Source: Iphione sp. A-MEVVRFRX5 (Eukaryota). Taken from it: a stretch of 64,000 bases of DNA. The DNA lies in NCBI GenBank assembly GCA_976226885.1, contig OZ320313.1:37448001-37512000 (forward strand), read 5' to 3'. Position 1 is the stretch's first letter. Each line of letters begins with the position of its first letter. This document shows positions 60,601 through 64,000 of this stretch, piece by piece. The translations under genes and the position numbers were made by a program. The notes beneath the pieces are model-generated. The model saw only the letters and a list, made by a program, of their open reading frames with translations. It had not been told where the DNA came from and did not search any database.

Positions 60601-61013
60601 CGCTTGACTTGGCTCATTGGCCGCCACTGGAAGGCGCCACTGGGCCCGCTTACTATAGGCGTCAGTGTGTAATTAAGAGGGTGGACTTAGGCGCCAAGGC
60701 TTCCGCTACGACTTGACGCCAACTTATAACCGTCCGTCACTAATAACTGGTTTAACACAATCAGAATATACCCCGGGATGAGGTCTAAACTGTATAGTTA
60801 GATCCATGAGCTTGGGGATATGCCTAGATCTATTTATACAGGCTTATAAACCAGCCCCCATACTTGACACGTTATAGATTGACATAAATATTCGAACGTA
60901 CAACATGGTCTGTACATTTAAGACTTTCTTTTTTTGTGCCTGTATTCTGACAGCCAGTATGGGCCTTATGTGCATGCATCACAAATATATTTATACACAA
61001 AATAAGTAGGGGT

Positions 61014-61360
61014 AGGGAGTTAGCTCAATTGGTATATAGGGTAGTTTAGCACTGGTCCACTGAATGAGAAGTTGCAGGTTTAATCCTGGGCCCATCGCTC
61101 TTGATCATGACCAGACAGATTTACTCTGGCCCCAACCCAGAGTGGCCTACAGCTTGTACCAAAGGCTGTTGATTCTGTCTCCTATGCACAAAAAAGACCT
61201 GAGAAACCGGTTTGAAATCAAAGTATAGGGTAACCCAGGATGTTCTGATCTCTCAATTCCCAGTAATGAATGTAGGTATGCTACCCCAAGAAAATATGGC
61301 AGAAATGCTCAAATAATAGCTGAATATCTAGTCTCTGGTAAGTATACAATAAAATGAAAT
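61014..61360 (+). mobile_element. tRNA-derived SINE
   Basis: A box TAGCTCAATTGG (61021), degenerate B box GGTTTAATCC (~61078), ~270-bp body and A-rich end TACAATAAAATGAAAT. Confidence 0.6.
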
Positions 61361-64000
61361 CCGGATGAAACGGCCAGAAACAGAGATGATCTTCCTAGTG
61401 AGTCACAACTGTGCAAGGGGCAGCTATGGGCACATAACTGACCACGTTCTGTGTCACTGAGCCTCTTGATCAAGCATGTATTTACATATACAGTGTATAT
61501 GCTCTATCTTCAGGGAGTTCAATGGAAAATCTACATGGTACTCCTATAGTAGTGCACAAAAACAAACAAATGCAATGCAAACATTGTCTGTCGATATAGA
61601 TGTGTTCCGGTGAATTAGATCTCTAGCACACATATTCTGAAAGACTTTATTTCCGTGACCGTCTGCCCTTCAGCAGACCGGACGAAGGAGTTTAGATATA
61701 TGTACAATTAAAAGCCACATTATGGTCGTATGGAAACGACCAGCAAAGAACATACATATTGTATAAATTAGTATAATCAAATTCATAATTCAGACATTAC
61801 CAGTTGGGCTACAAGTACAGAGAGAATTTGATGAGGGTCATATTATTTGCATATACACGTTCGAAACGTACAGGTAGAACGTCATTCGTTTGCAGAATAT
61901 CCAGGGATGATGTGGATAAATTTAGTATACAAGTGATATAAATTTAGGTAGGTACCGGTACCGTGGCACCCCTAGTTAATACATCCTGGGGTAGCGTAGA
62001 CAAACTCAGTCGTTCTTTCCCACGGGTGGGTCTCTACGCAACTTCTGTGTGTCTGCTGTAGGCGTTATGTGTGTAGAACTTCACGTAACTCAGTCCCACA
62101 CCTTTAACCAGGTGGGACATCTTTATTCGATGATATCTCTTTTTAGACATGATCATATATGCCTACTTAAACCCTCGATGAGACCGCTTTTCTGAAGTGG
62201 GTGTTGTTCGTTATTAAGTGCCGATATATATGTATGTACCTATGGATGGATGTATGTGTCTCGTGAGTATATTAGTTTGTATGTCTATATATGGGCATTG
62301 TGAATCAAATAGTCAATGCTACCCAACCCCATGTCCTCGACCAGACGGTCCGCCTTTAGTAATTCATCCCTTTGTCAGGCTGTCGTCATCTGCCGCTATG
62401 ACTAATAGATGGCCAAGTCAGACACAAGTTGTTGCTACCTCCGCCAATCTTACACAATGAGAGAGAGAGTAAGAGGGTGGAAGGACGGGAAATGCAGTGA
62501 CAGTAAGAGGAAGTATCACAGAAAGTAAGCACTACGTGTGTTGTGTATAACATTGTAGGCTGGAAGAATGGAAAGTGGGAGAGGCGGACCAGAAGGCAGT
62601 GCTGACTGGCATCTTATGCACGTATGCATGCAGTGTGCGCGATAGGGACAGAGCCCCATAGAAACAAGAGACAATAGTTGAGAATCAATATGGCACAAGG
62701 GCGGGTTATCTATTTGCACAATATTAATAACCATGGGCGTGGACAGAGAAGCAAGACAGTGTGTGAAATCAAAAGAAGTTAACCTGTGACAAAATAGGGA
62801 TGGGGGAGGTGGAAACAAATGTTACTAGAGGCACACAGTGAGAGAGATATAGGGGAAAGTAAGCCTATTGTGAGAGGAAGGAGGTGGTGTTCAGATGTAT
62901 CTGTATTATTTGAAAAATGAATACAGACACGTAGACGTATTTTACCCATCCTATGGCAATGTTACTGAAAGGTCCACATGCATCCGTTTCAAAATGGATA
63001 CGGACCTGGGTCCGTTTTCAAAACCATCTGGGATGGATTTTTTTTACGGATAAGGACCCGATTTCAACAGGAAACAGTGTTGAAGGGACATCTGGTGTAG
63101 GCCTTGAATAGGCGTTGAATAAACACAACATGAGATTTCCTATGTCTCCGGACCAGTAGACGTTTATCCCATACGGATACATGTGTACCCCGTCGAAAGA
63201 GAGAAAGAGAGATGAGGAGAGGTGGGAGGGAAAGCCAACGGCATAGAAGGTTGACGGAGAAAGAGATGGGGCAGGTGGTACCTATTAGACAGAAGAGATG
63301 CTGTGTTAAATGAATATACCTGTTTCTGCTTCATTCTTAATATCGTCATTACTCTATGGATGGCATCCATGATATACTATGTGATGGCTAGTATTTACAT
63401 CCTTCACACATTAAAGACACAGTCCGAACATCATGAAATAAGGAGTTAGGAGGCGATGCCTACGTAGACTGTGTTCGGACTAGAAGGGAAAAATAGATCA
63501 GCTAATAGAAAAACAATTATAATATATTCTGATGAGGGTATGGTACAGATAGCAGTAGGGGATTGAGAGGTCTAATATGGGAAAGAGAGACAACACGATG
63601 GGAGGCGTTGGAGAGAGCATGGTTAAACCAGAGAAAGGATGAATAGTGATGTATGGGTAAATGAAAAGGGACTGGAGTTATGATAAAGAGTTCTGTAGTA
63701 AGAGTAAGGGGCATGGTGGAGGAGCAGGCGCTGTCGGTAGTGCGAGGGAAGATGGCTGGGTGGATGGGCGAGTGATGTCGGTAGCTTGAAGCCGCATACC
63801 CAACACAAGCATCTCGGGGGAGGGGGCTGCGGGTAAGGCGGGGGGGCCGGCTGTCTTTGAGAGTCACACTCATTAGTGGCTGCTCTCTTCGGTGTTGACC
63901 GGGAGGAAGAGAGGTAGTGGAGGGAGGGGTGGGAGGGGCGGCCGGTTCTTGGATCTCCCCCTGGAGGAGGAGGCGGTTCGAGAGCTCGGCGGCGCCTGTC

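Noticed and set aside
1826-61090. Functional tRNA genes at the A/B-box sites (1826, 11427, 20205, 23319, 35953, 61014)
   Set aside because: Acceptor and anticodon stems do not pair and lengths are abnormal; all are embedded in repeats.

Overview
Eukaryotic, gene-poor genomic DNA, probably from an invertebrate animal (inferred from tRNA-derived SINEs, decayed LINEs, MITEs, GA/TC microsatellites, unsuppressed CpG and abundant TACATGTA; species not assignable by eye). There is one 130-N assembly gap at 32941-33070. Only one protein-coding gene is well supported: a minus-strand, apparently single-coding-exon C2H2 zinc-finger factor (first in-frame ATG 50238 to stop 47797, 813 aa). It has a 4-finger cluster including an atypical adjacent-Cys finger, one C-terminal finger and several short linear motifs. 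The rest is repeats plus scattered CpG-rich patches, some with canonical splice sites (candidate exons, unproven). The most unusual structure is a ~0.9-0.96 kb TTAA-flanked composite element, present as three full copies and one partial copy. It carries an outward-facing tRNA-like Pol III module with a variable centre, a 52-bp minisatellite and repeated CCACC/GGTGG motifs. No CRISPR array, prokaryotic system, rRNA or intact tRNA was found. All alignments and counts were done by eye.
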